Shown here piece after piece: positions 8,696-18,620 of a stretch of DNA of 64,000 bases. Under the pieces are notes generated by a model, which saw only the letters and a list, made by a program, of their open reading frames with translations, made no database searches and was not told the origin of the DNA. The translations under genes were made by a program, and so were the position numbers. The stretch is taken from contig CAWAHW010000004.1 in the NCBI GenBank assembly GCA_963781885.1, positions 352,001 to 416,000 on the forward strand, in the 5' to 3' direction. Source of the stretch: an uncultured Spirochaetota bacterium (GTDB lineage Bacteria; Spirochaetota; Spirochaetia; SZUA-6; Fen-1364). Each line of letters begins with the position of its first letter. Position 1 is the first letter of the stretch.

Positions 8696-10048
8696 ATGCC
8701 GCGACATAAGAAGCCACTCATGGTGATCGGTCACAAAAATCCTGACACCGATTCCGTCTGCTCGGCCATCGCGTATGCGCGCTACAAGACCGAGATCCTG
8801 AAGGAAGAGGCAAGCCCGCGCCGCGCGGGCAATGTCAACCCGCAGACCCAGTTCGTGCTCCAGCGCTTCGAGACGGAAGCCCCCGCGCTGGCCACCGACG
8901 TGCGCTCCCGCATCGAAGACATCATGATCCCGCGGGAAGACCTCATCACGCTGCGGGAGAAGGACACCCTGGAGCGCGCCTGCGACCTTCTCACGGAGAA
9001 CCACTTCTCCTTCCTGCCCGTCGTCGACGCGCGCGACGGCTGCATCGGCAAGCTCACCGCGCTGCGCCTGGTCGGGGTGCTGCGTCGCGTGGCCGCCGGC
9101 TGCCACGACGACGAGCCCATCGACCGCGCGGACAAGGACCTGCTCTCGGGAACGGTGAGCGCGCTTGTCGACCGCGACCACAAGACGTTCCGCGCGGACG
9201 ACATCGTGCGGGACGTGCTGCGGGAGATCAGCCGCAGCAACGAAGGCGGCTTCATCATCGTGGACGAGGCGGGAAAGCTCCAGGGCGTGATCACCCGCAT
9301 CGACTTCATCTCCGACCATCGCCTGAAGGTCGCCATGGTGGACCACAACGAGATCGGCCAGGCGGTGGACGGCATCGAAGAGGCGGACGTGGTGGAGATC
9401 ATCGACCATCACCGGCTGGGCGCGCGCATGACCACTCTCCCCATCACCTTCATCAACCGGGTGGTCGGCTCCACCTGCACCATCGTCGCGGACCTGTACC
9501 GCACCGCGGGCGCCGCGCCGACCGCGCACGTGGCCGGCCTGATGCTTTCCGCGATGCTGTCCGACACCCTCGTCCTGCGCTCCCCCACCACGACGAATCT
9601 CGACCGGGACATCGCAGGCTGGCTCGCCGGCCTGAGCGGCGTGGAGATCGAAAAGTACGGCGAAGAGATGTTCGCCGCCGGCGCGTCGCTGGAGGGCATG
9701 GACCCGCGCAAGATCATCGGCCGCGACCAGAAGATCTATACCGAGGCGGAGCGCCGCTTCTCCCTGAGCCAGGTGGAGACCGTGGGCTTCGGTCCGCTCA
9801 TGGCGATGAAGGACGGGCTCGCATCGGAGCTGGAGCGGATCCTGGAAACGGAAAAATGCTCCTTTGCCTGTCTCATGATCACGGACATCACCCGGGAGAC
9901 GAGCCTCCTCCTCTGCCGCGGCGAGGCGCGCGTCCTGGCGGCCATCGCGTATCCGGAAGTGGAGAAAAACCTCTTCGAGATGAAGGACGTGCTCTCCCGC
10001 AAAAAGCAAGTCCTGCCCTACTTCGCCGATCTGCTGAAAACCCTCTGA
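8696..10048 (+). CDS. ppaC: Family II Mn-dependent inorganic pyrophosphatase with CBS domains
   Basis: GHKNPDTDS, VDHNE, IIDHH, VGSTCTIV, SDT, SPTTT, SRKKQV; own RBS (GGAGG) and possible promoter TTGCCG-N17-CATAAC at 8654-8682. Confidence 0.92.
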   Translation: MPRHKKPLMVIGHKNPDTDSVCSAIAYARYKTEILKEEASPRRAGNVNPQTQFVLQRFETEAPALATDVRSRIEDIMIPREDLITLREKDTLERACDLLTENHFSFLPVVDARDGCIGKLTALRLVGVLRRVAAGCHDDEPIDRADKDLLSGTVSALVDRDHKTFRADDIVRDVLREISRSNEGGFIIVDEAGKLQGVITRIDFISDHRLKVAMVDHNEIGQAVDGIEEADVVEIIDHHRLGARMTTLPITFINRVVGSTCTIVADLYRTAGAAPTAHVAGLMLSAMLSDTLVLRSPTTTNLDRDIAGWLAGLSGVEIEKYGEEMFAAGASLEGMDPRKIIGRDQKIYTEAERRFSLSQVETVGFGPLMAMKDGLASELERILETEKCSFACLMITDITRETSLLLCRGEARVLAAIAYPEVEKNLFEMKDVLSRKKQVLPYFADLLKTL

Positions 10049-10121
10049 AAGGACCGAATGAGACAAACGGCCGTTGCACCGCGGTTGCCGATACCTTATA
10101 CTGGGACACAGATTGGACGCA

Positions 10122-10454
10122 GTGAATAGGAACGACAGGCTGGAAGAAGAAAAGAGTCACGTGCGGGAGATCTCCGCCGAGGAGGTGGAGGTATCTCCCG
10201 AAGGTCATCTCTCCCGTGAGGACATGACCGACTTTCAGTCGTGGCTGGATCGCGCCCTGCAGAGCGGGCAGCGGGTGATCGTGCTCAACCTGGAAGGCGT
10301 GACAACCATGAGCTCGTCCGCCATCGGAAAGATCCTGCACTTCAAGAAGGCCTGCGACGAGCTGGGCCGCCGGTTGGTCGTTCGCAACTGCGGCCCGCAG
10401 ATGCTGCAGCTCCTGAAAATGATCAAGTTCGACAACCTGATCAGGATAGAATAA
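10122..10454 (+). CDS. STAS domain protein (anti-sigma factor antagonist-like)
   Basis: IVLNLEGVTTMSSSAIG motif; promoter-like TTGCAC-N17-TATACT at 10074-10102; start codon uncertain. Confidence 0.8.
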   Translation: MNRNDRLEEEKSHVREISAEEVEVSPEGHLSREDMTDFQSWLDRALQSGQRVIVLNLEGVTTMSSSAIGKILHFKKACDELGRRLVVRNCGPQMLQLLKMIKFDNLIRIE

Positions 10455-10492
10455 GGCCTTTCCCACCGCCCCCCGGGGCGCCCGCGCGCCGG

Positions 10493-12079
10493 CTATTCCT
10501 TTGCCGGCACCCCGCGCGCCGCGGAGATCAGATCGAAGCTCTCGTTCTCGAATTGCGCCGCGGTCGGGGCTGCCCCGTATTTCAGAAGCCTTTCGATGGC
10601 CACGAGATCCAGCGGCATGCCGATGGTTGCCGCGGCCTTCAACGCGCCCTTGCGATAGTAACCGGCCAGGAAAGTGCCGTCTTCCACGACGCCCCGGTAG
10701 GCGACCTGGTCGTAATCCGCGGCATGACCGACGTACTTCAGAGACGCGCCGGCCTGCTTCGTCCAGAACACGTCCACTTCCATCACTCCCGGGTCGGCGT
10801 CCATCATGCAGCGCGCCGCGCGCTGTCCCTGCCTCTCCGCCGCCACCCAGTGCTCGACCCTGCGCCGTCCGGCGTCGGCGTCGGGGAGCGCGGCGATGTC
10901 GCCGGCGGCGTAGATGCCGGGCACGCGCGTCTCCATCCGTTCATTCACGGGAACGACGCCGTTCTCCGTGATGCCTGCGCCGTCGAGGAAGCCCGTATTG
11001 GGCTGGATGCCCAGGCCGACGACGACAAAGTCCGCCTCCACCTTCGCGCCCGGCGTCGTGATGACCTTCGCGCCCACGCCGCCGCTGATACCCTGCACCG
11101 CCGTGCCCATCAGCATCCGCACGCCGCGGGATTCGTGCATTGCCTTGATTTTCGCGCCGATCCTGTCGCCGAACACGCGCGCCAGCGGCAGCGCCTCCGG
11201 GGCGATCACTGTCACCTCCAGGCCGCGATCCCGCAGGCTGGTGGCCAGCTCGAGGCCGATGAAGCCCGCACCGACGATGGCGACCTTTTTCGCCGGGGCC
11301 GCCACGGCGAGTACCGCGCGCGCATCGGCGGTGGTGCGCAGGGCAAGGCAGCCGTCCCCGGTGCCGCCGGGGATGGAAAGCAGGCGGGGAGAGCCGCCCG
11401 TGGCGATAAGGGCCTTGTCGAAACGAATCTCCTCCCCGTCGGCCAGGCGGACGCTCTTCTTCGCCGCGTCGAGCGCCACGACCTTCTTTCCCGTGAGGAG
11501 CTCGATGGATTGCGCCGGATAGAACTTGGGTCCGCGCAGAGGAAGCCATTCCTCGCCCGCCTTGCCGGTGATGAAGTCCTTGGACAGGTTGGGCCGGTCA
11601 TACGGCCGCTCGTCCTCCTCCGTGAGCATGAGGATGCGCCCGGCAAAGCCTCCGCGGCGGAGCGTCTCCGCGGCCATGTTGCCGGCGGCGCCCGCACCGA
11701 TGATGAGGAAAACGCGCGGATCGGATCCCATGGCCGCGGCGGGCTTGGGGAATTTCGGCTTCACCGCCGCGCCGATGAAGACCTCGCCCCCCTCCACCTT
11801 CACCGGATACACCGGCAGGTCGTTCAGCGCCGGCGGCGAGACCATGCGGCCCGTCGTGACGTCGATGCGCGCAAAGTGGCTTTTGCAGACCACCTGCGTG
11901 CCGAAAAGCACGCCCTTTTCGAGCTTCTCCTGGTAGTGGGGACATTCGTGTCCGACGGCGTAGATCTTCCCCTCGACGCGGACAAGAAGCACCTTGTCCA
12001 TGCCATCCTCGACGACGACGGGCGATCCCTCCACGAGATCGGCTTCGCGCGCAACGCTCTTCCAGCCGGATTCGTCCAT
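10493..12079 (-). CDS. Rieske [2Fe-2S]-FAD-dependent oxidoreductase fusion
   Basis: CPH...CKSH Rieske ligands; GAGAAG, YDRPNLSK, ATGG, GAGFIGLE, YAAGDIA, RVEHW. Confidence 0.9.
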   Translation of the reverse strand: MDESGWKSVAREADLVEGSPVVVEDGMDKVLLVRVEGKIYAVGHECPHYQEKLEKGVLFGTQVVCKSHFARIDVTTGRMVSPPALNDLPVYPVKVEGGEVFIGAAVKPKFPKPAAAMGSDPRVFLIIGAGAAGNMAAETLRRGGFAGRILMLTEEDERPYDRPNLSKDFITGKAGEEWLPLRGPKFYPAQSIELLTGKKVVALDAAKKSVRLADGEEIRFDKALIATGGSPRLLSIPGGTGDGCLALRTTADARAVLAVAAPAKKVAIVGAGFIGLELATSLRDRGLEVTVIAPEALPLARVFGDRIGAKIKAMHESRGVRMLMGTAVQGISGGVGAKVITTPGAKVEADFVVVGLGIQPNTGFLDGAGITENGVVPVNERMETRVPGIYAAGDIAALPDADAGRRRVEHWVAAERQGQRAARCMMDADPGVMEVDVFWTKQAGASLKYVGHAADYDQVAYRGVVEDGTFLAGYYRKGALKAAATIGMPLDLVAIERLLKYGAAPTAAQFENESFDLISAARGVPAKE

Positions 12080-12264
12080 GAAGTCCCCCTTGGATGCATG
12101 ATACGTCCCCGGCGGATCGCAGGCAAGAGATCGCGAATTATGCCGATATTGAAGAGGGAGAACACCATGCGCGGCGGCCCCGCAACGGGGAAAGGGCCCG
12201 CCGATATGGCTCTGCCGACCGCGAATCGCTATACTGGCGGGCGCGGAATCAGAAGGAGTAATGG

Positions 12265-13062
12265 ATGGCCCGGAGAGGTTCAGACACATCGACGGTAGTA
12301 GGGCTGATTATCGGCTTCGGCGGCCTGCTCACCGGCTTCATCCTCGACCAGGGAAATCCTGGCAATCTGGTGAGGATCCCGCCGCTCATCGTCATCCTCG
12401 CGGGCACACTGGGGGCAGTAACCGTCTCCTTCAGCCTCAAGCACGTTCTTGCCATACCCTCGGGAATCGCCAAGTCGATGAGACGCGTGCCGGGGCCGTC
12501 GCCCCAACTTGCGCAGCAGCTCCTGGAGTTTGCCGAAAAGGCGCGGCGTGATGGCATATTGAGCCTGGAAGACACGGTGGAGGACCTTGAAGACGAGATG
12601 CTCCGTAAGGGGCTCCGACTCGTCGTCGACGGCACAGAATCGGAGATACTCGTTGAGGTGCTGGAAAGCGACCTGGCGATCATGGAACAGCGCCAGATGG
12701 AGCCCGTGGAGGTCTTCGAAGCAGCAGGAGGCTACTCCCCCACGATGGGGATCATCGGAACGGTCATGGGACTCGTCCTGGTTCTGGGCCGGCTGGGCGG
12801 CGACACGCTCGAGCTGGGCCACGCGGTCGCCTCGGCCTTCATCGCCACGCTGTACGGCATCGGCTTTGCCAACCTCATCTGGCTGCCCATCGCGAGCAAG
12901 CTGAGGAGCCAGGTCAAGGCAATGAAGCTCGAAAAACAGCTCATTATCGTCGGCGTTCGCTCCATCCAGCAGGGAGAAAGCCCGGCGCTCGTGAAGGAAA
13001 AGATCGAGGGCTTCCTGGAGGAGGCGGAGAAGAAGGAACTGGACGCGAACAGGACGGAATAG
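12265..13062 (+). CDS. motA: Flagellar stator protein MotA
   Basis: KARRDGILSLE, GLRLVVDG, GGYSPTMGIIGTVMGL, AFIATLYG. Confidence 0.92.
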   Translation: MARRGSDTSTVVGLIIGFGGLLTGFILDQGNPGNLVRIPPLIVILAGTLGAVTVSFSLKHVLAIPSGIAKSMRRVPGPSPQLAQQLLEFAEKARRDGILSLEDTVEDLEDEMLRKGLRLVVDGTESEILVEVLESDLAIMEQRQMEPVEVFEAAGGYSPTMGIIGTVMGLVLVLGRLGGDTLELGHAVASAFIATLYGIGFANLIWLPIASKLRSQVKAMKLEKQLIIVGVRSIQQGESPALVKEKIEGFLEEAEKKELDANRTE

Positions 13063-13065
13063 GGA

Positions 13066-13821
13066 ATGGCACGCAAGAAGGCAAAGGCTTACGAAGAAAA
13101 AAAATCAGACGCCTCGGGCGGCATGCGCTGGCTTCTCACCTATGCGGACATGATCACCCTGCTCATGGTGTTCTTCATCATCCTCTATTCCATCAGCTCG
13201 GTGAGCCCGACCAAGTTCGAAGAGCTTTCGCAGGCCTTCGCCAGCGCCTTCAACGGCGGTCCTTTCAGCATCTTCGAGACGCGCAGCGTCGGCGGAGCCG
13301 GCATTCTCTCCGGGCTCACCCCGGGACAGCAGGTGCAGAGCAACAAGGGCGGCAAGAACGCGGGGACCGGCGGGGCATCGACAATACGCAACCAGGCCGT
13401 CTCGTCGCTGCAGAACCTTGTCAAATCGAGGCAGATCAAGATCATCCCCACGGAGAACGGCTTTGCCATCTCCATGGTTTCCGACCTCTATTTCGGCTCC
13501 GCCTCGGCGGTGCTCAATCCCGATGCGATGCCCGTCCTCCAGCAGGTGTCGGATTTCCTCGGCCAGATCCCCAACTCGGTCGTGGTGGAGGGGTACACCG
13601 ACAATATCCCCCCCGACGCCGTGAAGTGGCCCGGCGGAAACTGGCAGCTTTCCGCGGAGCGGGGAATCGCCGTCCTGCAGACGTTGGAAGACTACGGAAT
13701 ACCCTCGGAACGGCTTTCCTCTTCGGCCTACGGCAGTACGCGACCCGTGCAGTCCAATGATACGGCCGAAGGACGCTCGTACAACCGGCGCGTCGACATC
13801 GTGGTCGTCGAAAAACAGTAG
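13066..13821 (+). CDS. motB: Flagellar stator protein MotB (OmpA-like peptidoglycan-binding domain)
   Basis: WLLTYADMITLL with conserved Asp; EGYTD, NWQLSAER, NRRVDI. Confidence 0.92.
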   Translation: MARKKAKAYEEKKSDASGGMRWLLTYADMITLLMVFFIILYSISSVSPTKFEELSQAFASAFNGGPFSIFETRSVGGAGILSGLTPGQQVQSNKGGKNAGTGGASTIRNQAVSSLQNLVKSRQIKIIPTENGFAISMVSDLYFGSASAVLNPDAMPVLQQVSDFLGQIPNSVVVEGYTDNIPPDAVKWPGGNWQLSAERGIAVLQTLEDYGIPSERLSSSAYGSTRPVQSNDTAEGRSYNRRVDIVVVEKQ

Positions 13822-13839
13822 CGAATTCCCTCCGCGGGG

Positions 13840-13868
13840 TAGGCAAGAAACCCCGGCAGATATATAAT
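13840..13868 (+). promoter_or_regulatory. Putative sigma70 promoter of the hydrogenase operon
   Basis: TAGGCA-N17-TATAAT. Confidence 0.5.
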
Positions 13869-13924
13869 CTTTTGACACCTTAAGCCGCAATTCAGAATCC
13901 GACGAACACACTCATGGAGAGGGT

Positions 13925-15361
13925 ATGGGCAGAGCAGCCATTTTGCTCGTCTGCGTCATGGTTCCGCTCGCAGGTGCTTTCCTTCTGCCCCTGCTGGGCC
14001 GGGTGGCAGCGCGCCTGCGCAATTTCGTTGCGCTCGGGCTCGTCCTCACGTCGCTCGTATGCTCCCTCCTCTTCGTGCCGGACGCGCTGGCGGGACGGGA
14101 GATCGGCTTCAGCTGGGCCGCCCCCCTGGGAATCTCGTTCAGCCTGAACGCTGATGCCCTGGCCGTGTTCATGGCGGTCGTCTCCTCCCTCGTGGGCGCC
14201 GTGATCATGCTCTTCTCCTTCGACTACATCAGTCACTATCCGCACCAGGACGAGTACTACCTGATGGCCACTCTCTTCCTGGGCGCCATGATGGGGCTCG
14301 TGTTCTCTGCAAACCTGATCTTCCTTTTTGTGTTCTGGGAGATCACGAGCATCGCGAGCTGGCGCCTGATCGGCTTCTATCGTGGACCGGGCGACGTCCT
14401 GCGCGCCGACAAGGCATTCCTGGTGACGGGTCTGGGAGCGCTCCTCATGCTCGTGGGCATCCTGATGGTGTACGGCCAAACGGGCACGTTCGACCTGGCA
14501 GCCATAAAAGGCACGACCCTGCCGTGGACGGCGGCCGGCCTTCTCCTCATCGGCATGCTCTCCAAGTCCGCCACGCTCCCCTTCCACACGTGGCTGCCGG
14601 ACGCGGGCGTCGCGCCGTCCCCCGTCACCGCGCTCCTCCACGCCGCGGTGCTGGTGAAGATCGGCGTCTACGTTTTCGCCCGACTCTTTCTCATCACCTT
14701 TACACTCGATGCCGACATGCGGACGGTCGTCATCATTATTGCCGCGGCGAGCGCGCTCGTGAGCGCAGGAGCGGCGCTCGTGGAAACCGACATCAAGCGC
14801 ATCATCGCCTACTCCACCGTGAGCCAGATCGCCTTCATCTTCCTGGGGCTCGCGTCGGGGAACGCCATCGGCGCGGCAGGCGCGCTCCTGTACATCCTCA
14901 TGCACGGGCTGGCAAAGGCGGGCCTTTTCCTGTCCGCCGGCGTCGTGGAGCAGAACGCGCATACCAAGGACATCCGCAAGCTCGGCGGCCTCCTGAAGAC
15001 CATGCCGGTGACGGCGGTATCGTTCCTCTTCTGCGCCTTCTCCGTCATGGGCATCCCCCCGCTGGGTGGTTTCTTCAGCAAGTACATGGTGATCTCTTCC
15101 GCGATGAACGCGGGCAACACGGTCATGGCTGTCATCTTCATGGCAGGGGCGCTCCTCACGATCCTCTATCTCATGCGACTGTTCTCCCGCGTCTTTCTCG
15201 GGGAGTCCCGAGGGGGCGCGCCCGCGGCTGAAAAATCCCCCCTCATGGTGTCCAGCGTGGCGATACTCGCCGCGCTGTCGCTCGCGGGCGGGCTGCTCGT
15301 GGGCTGGCCCGCGGCGTTCGCGCAGGCCGCCGTCCGCATGATGCCGGGGGTGACACAGTGA
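13925..15361 (+). CDS. Antiporter-like subunit 1 (NuoL/MrpA-D family)
   Basis: FVFWE, KSATLPFHTWLPDA, PSPVTALLHAA, KRIIAYSTVSQ, HGLAKA, GFFSK. Confidence 0.9.
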   Translation: MGRAAILLVCVMVPLAGAFLLPLLGRVAARLRNFVALGLVLTSLVCSLLFVPDALAGREIGFSWAAPLGISFSLNADALAVFMAVVSSLVGAVIMLFSFDYISHYPHQDEYYLMATLFLGAMMGLVFSANLIFLFVFWEITSIASWRLIGFYRGPGDVLRADKAFLVTGLGALLMLVGILMVYGQTGTFDLAAIKGTTLPWTAAGLLLIGMLSKSATLPFHTWLPDAGVAPSPVTALLHAAVLVKIGVYVFARLFLITFTLDADMRTVVIIIAAASALVSAGAALVETDIKRIIAYSTVSQIAFIFLGLASGNAIGAAGALLYILMHGLAKAGLFLSAGVVEQNAHTKDIRKLGGLLKTMPVTAVSFLFCAFSVMGIPPLGGFFSKYMVISSAMNAGNTVMAVIFMAGALLTILYLMRLFSRVFLGESRGGAPAAEKSPLMVSSVAILAALSLAGGLLVGWPAAFAQAAVRMMPGVTQ

Positions 15362-17211
15362 ACACCTATAGCCTGCTCCTGCCCATCGCGGTGCCCGCCG
15401 TTGCGGGCATCCTCGCCCTGCTCCTCCCGGGGAAAAGGGCGCGCTGGATCACGTCCCTCGTTGCCGTGACGGCCTCTGCCGTCCAGGTCGCGCTCGCGGT
15501 CATTCTTTTCCCGACGGACCAGTCCCTCACCATTCCCTGGCTGGGATTCGGCATCGAGCTCTCCCTGAAGCTTTCGCGCATGAGCGCATTCATCCTGCTG
15601 GGCATTGCGGGCTTCTCCTTCCTCGTCTCGCTATACGCCAGCTCCTCGATGGCAGGCGCCCCGTCCACCCGGTCCTTCCACGCGTGGATGCTCCTCAGCG
15701 TCGCCCTGGCAAGCGGCGCGGTCCTTGCCGACAACCTCGTGCTGCTGGTCGTCTTCTGGGAAGGGCTGCTCCTGACGCTCTTCGGCATGATCTCCACGGG
15801 CGCCCGACATCCCTACGGAACGGCGATCAAGGCCCTGGTCATCGTCGGGGTCACGGATCTCTGCATGATGCTCGGCGTCATGCTCACGGGCCATCTGGCG
15901 GGGACCCTTTCGCTCTCGGCCATCCATCTGCCGGTGGACGGCCTGGGCGGCGTGGCATTCATCCTGCTCATGATCGGCGCCATGGGCAAAGCGGGCGCGA
16001 TGCCGTTCCACAGCTGGATTCCCGACGCGGCGCTCGATGCGCCCCTGCCGTTCATGGCCATTCTTCCGGCAAGCATCGAGAAGCTCCTGGGCATCTACTT
16101 CCTCGCGCGCATCTCCCTGGACCTCTTTGCCCTCAGGCCCGGCACGTGGGTTTCAACCGTGCTCATGATCGTGGGCGCGGCAACAATCATCCTCGCGGTC
16201 ATGATGGCCCTGGTGCAGAAGAACTACAAACGCCTGCTGTCCTATCACGCCATCAGCCAGGTGGGGTACATGATCCTGGGCATCGGGACCGCGCTTCCCA
16301 TCGGCATCGTGGGCGGGCTCTTCCACATGATCAATCACGCGATGTACAAGTCCTGCCTCTTCCTCACCGGCGGTGCCGTGGAGAAACAGGCGGGAACGAC
16401 GGACCTCGAAAAGCTGGGCGGTCTTGCCCGCTCCATGCCGGTGACAGTGGTCTGCTTCATCGTGGCAGCCGCCTCCATCTCCGGCGTGCCGCCCTTCAAC
16501 GGCTTCTTCTCCAAGGAGATGGTCTACCATGCCGCCCTTGAGAGCGGCTGGGTCTACTACGCGGTGGCGCTCCTGGGCTCGTTCTTCACGGCTGCCTCCT
16601 TCCTGAAGCTCGGCCACGCCGCGTTCTTCGGGAAGCGCGCCGACGAGAGCCGGATCGTAAAAGAGGCGCCCTTGCCCATGCTCATTCCGATGATCGTGCT
16701 TGCGGCGCTCTGCATCCTCTTCGGGCTGGACAACGGCCTTCCCCTTGGCGGCCTCATCCAGCCCGCCGTCGGTGTCGCGGTCACGCACGGCCAATCCTTT
16801 GCCGGCTTCCCCACGAGCGCTTTGCTCGTGTCACTCACCGCCGGAGCCCTCCTTCTCGCCGTTCTGAACCACATGTTCGGCGTGCGACGCACGGGTCGCG
16901 GCCTGGGCGCCGTGGATCACATCCACCATGCGCCGGTGCTCGCACCGGTGTACGCCGTGGCGGAGGCGGGAAGGATCGACCCGTACGCCATCGGCCGTTG
17001 GGTCATGAAAGGAGTGGCGGCGGCGCTCTACGGCATCGACCGCGCCTTCGACTGGCTGTACGATTTTGCCGCGGTGAAGGTCGCGCAGGGCGTCTCCCAG
17101 GTGGCGCGCCGCCTGCACAACGGAAGCGTCAACCGCTACATCTTCTGGTCCATCGCGGGGGCCGCCGCCATCGTGCTCACCGCGCTCGCGGTGATGGGAG
17201 GCGGCAGATGA
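15358..17211 (+). CDS. Antiporter-like subunit 2 (NuoL-like, long C-terminal extension)
   Basis: VFWE, KAGAMPFHSWIPDA, KRLLSYHAISQ, NHAMYKS, GFFSKE; C-terminal DWLYD...RRLHNGSVNRY resembles the NuoL lateral helix end. Confidence 0.88.
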   Translation: MNTYSLLLPIAVPAVAGILALLLPGKRARWITSLVAVTASAVQVALAVILFPTDQSLTIPWLGFGIELSLKLSRMSAFILLGIAGFSFLVSLYASSSMAGAPSTRSFHAWMLLSVALASGAVLADNLVLLVVFWEGLLLTLFGMISTGARHPYGTAIKALVIVGVTDLCMMLGVMLTGHLAGTLSLSAIHLPVDGLGGVAFILLMIGAMGKAGAMPFHSWIPDAALDAPLPFMAILPASIEKLLGIYFLARISLDLFALRPGTWVSTVLMIVGAATIILAVMMALVQKNYKRLLSYHAISQVGYMILGIGTALPIGIVGGLFHMINHAMYKSCLFLTGGAVEKQAGTTDLEKLGGLARSMPVTVVCFIVAAASISGVPPFNGFFSKEMVYHAALESGWVYYAVALLGSFFTAASFLKLGHAAFFGKRADESRIVKEAPLPMLIPMIVLAALCILFGLDNGLPLGGLIQPAVGVAVTHGQSFAGFPTSALLVSLTAGALLLAVLNHMFGVRRTGRGLGAVDHIHHAPVLAPVYAVAEAGRIDPYAIGRWVMKGVAAALYGIDRAFDWLYDFAAVKVAQGVSQVARRLHNGSVNRYIFWSIAGAAAIVLTALAVMGGGR

Positions 17212-18620
17212 GCGACTTCCTCCTGCTCCTTCCATTCCTCGCCCTGATCGTCATCAATCTCCTGCCGCGGAGCGCGCGCACGGGCGCATGGATCGTCTGC
17301 CTTGTCCTTTTCGCGCTCCAGACCGTCGGCGCATGCGTGCAGCCCTTCGTGACCGTGGACTGGTTCGCGCTCCAGCCGCTGGAGAAGGCGCTCGGGTTCA
17401 TGCTCGTGGTGGACCCCCTCTCGATCATGCTCTTCATCACCGCCGGGATCGCGGGCATGACCGCCCTCCTGGTGGGAAGGGCGACGCACGACACGGAGCG
17501 GGCGCAGTTCACGTTCGCCAACCTGCTCCTCATCGCCCTCATCGGCATGAACGGCATCGCGATGGTCCGCGACCTTTTCTCCCTCTACGTCTTCATCGAG
17601 GTGACGTCCATCTCGGCATTCATCCTCGTGGCGCTTCGCGACGGGAAGGAAGCCTACGAAGGCGCGTGGAAGTACCTGCTTCTTTCGGCCGTGGCCACCG
17701 TCCTCATGCTCACGTCCATCGCGCTTTTCCTCCTGGGCACGGGGGGCGTCGCGTTTGCCGACCTCGCCACGGCGCTTGCCTCCGGCACACCCATGGCGTG
17801 GATCGCCGTCACGCTCTTCCTGAGCGGGCTCTTCGTGAAGTCGGCAATGATCCCCTTCCACGGGTGGCTCGCCGATGCCTACGCCGAGGCCCCGCCGGCC
17901 GTCTCCGTTTTCCTTGCGGGCATCGTGACAAAGGCAACCGGCATCTTCGCCCTGATGCGCCTGGCCCCGGCGATGATGGAAGCCGCGGGGCCGGTCCGCG
18001 AGATCATCCTGGTGGCGGGCGCGGTCACGGCGATCGGCGGCGCATTCCTCTCCCTCACGCAGTCGGACATGAAGAGGATGCTCGCCTACTCCAGCGTGAG
18101 CCAGATGGGATACATCGTCATGGCGCTCGGCGGCGACGCGAAGCTCGCCCTCGCCGCGGCGGCCGTGCACTTCTTCAACCACACGGTGTCCAAGGCGCAG
18201 CTCTTCGCCAACGCGGCGGCGCTGGAGACGCGGCTGGGCACGCGCGACATGGACCGCATGGGCGGCCTGGGAGCGCGCATGCCGGTGACGGCGGGCACAT
18301 CCGCCGTCGCCACGCTGTCCATCGCGGGGATGCCGCCCCTTGCGGGCTTCTGGAGCAAGCTCCTCATCGTGATCGCGTTGTGGACCGCGGGCCAGCACAC
18401 CTTTGCGATCATCGCCATCCTCACGAGCCTCGTGACGCTCGCCTACTTCCTCTCCCTGCAGCGACGGATCTTCTTCGGGACCCTCGCCGCCGAATGGGAC
18501 GCCGTGCGCGAGGCGGGAGCGGCGCTCCTTGTGCCGACAATCGCCCTGGCATTCATCACGGTCGCCGTAGGACTGGGATTCCCGGTACTCCTGCCGATCC
18601 TTCTGGGAGGCGGCGTATGA
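17208..18620 (+). CDS. Antiporter-like subunit 3 (NuoN/MrpD-like)
   Basis: ATGA overlap; YVFIE, EGAWKY, KSAMIPFHGWLADAY, KRMLAYSSVSQ, GFWSK. Confidence 0.88.
   Translation: MSDFLLLLPFLALIVINLLPRSARTGAWIVCLVLFALQTVGACVQPFVTVDWFALQPLEKALGFMLVVDPLSIMLFITAGIAGMTALLVGRATHDTERAQFTFANLLLIALIGMNGIAMVRDLFSLYVFIEVTSISAFILVALRDGKEAYEGAWKYLLLSAVATVLMLTSIALFLLGTGGVAFADLATALASGTPMAWIAVTLFLSGLFVKSAMIPFHGWLADAYAEAPPAVSVFLAGIVTKATGIFALMRLAPAMMEAAGPVREIILVAGAVTAIGGAFLSLTQSDMKRMLAYSSVSQMGYIVMALGGDAKLALAAAAVHFFNHTVSKAQLFANAAALETRLGTRDMDRMGGLGARMPVTAGTSAVATLSIAGMPPLAGFWSKLLIVIALWTAGQHTFAIIAILTSLVTLAYFLSLQRRIFFGTLAAEWDAVREAGAALLVPTIALAFITVAVGLGFPVLLPILLGGGV

Noticed and set aside
7436-10048. 870-aa aminotransferase-pyrophosphatase fusion ORF
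   Set aside because: The natural aminotransferase C-terminus is in another frame and stops at 8649; ppaC has its own SD and ATG at 8696. A missing base near 8512 explains the fusion.
12265-13821. Zorya (zorAB) anti-phage system
   Set aside because: MotA is 265 aa with flagellar-type motifs and no long tail; no zorC/D/E nearby
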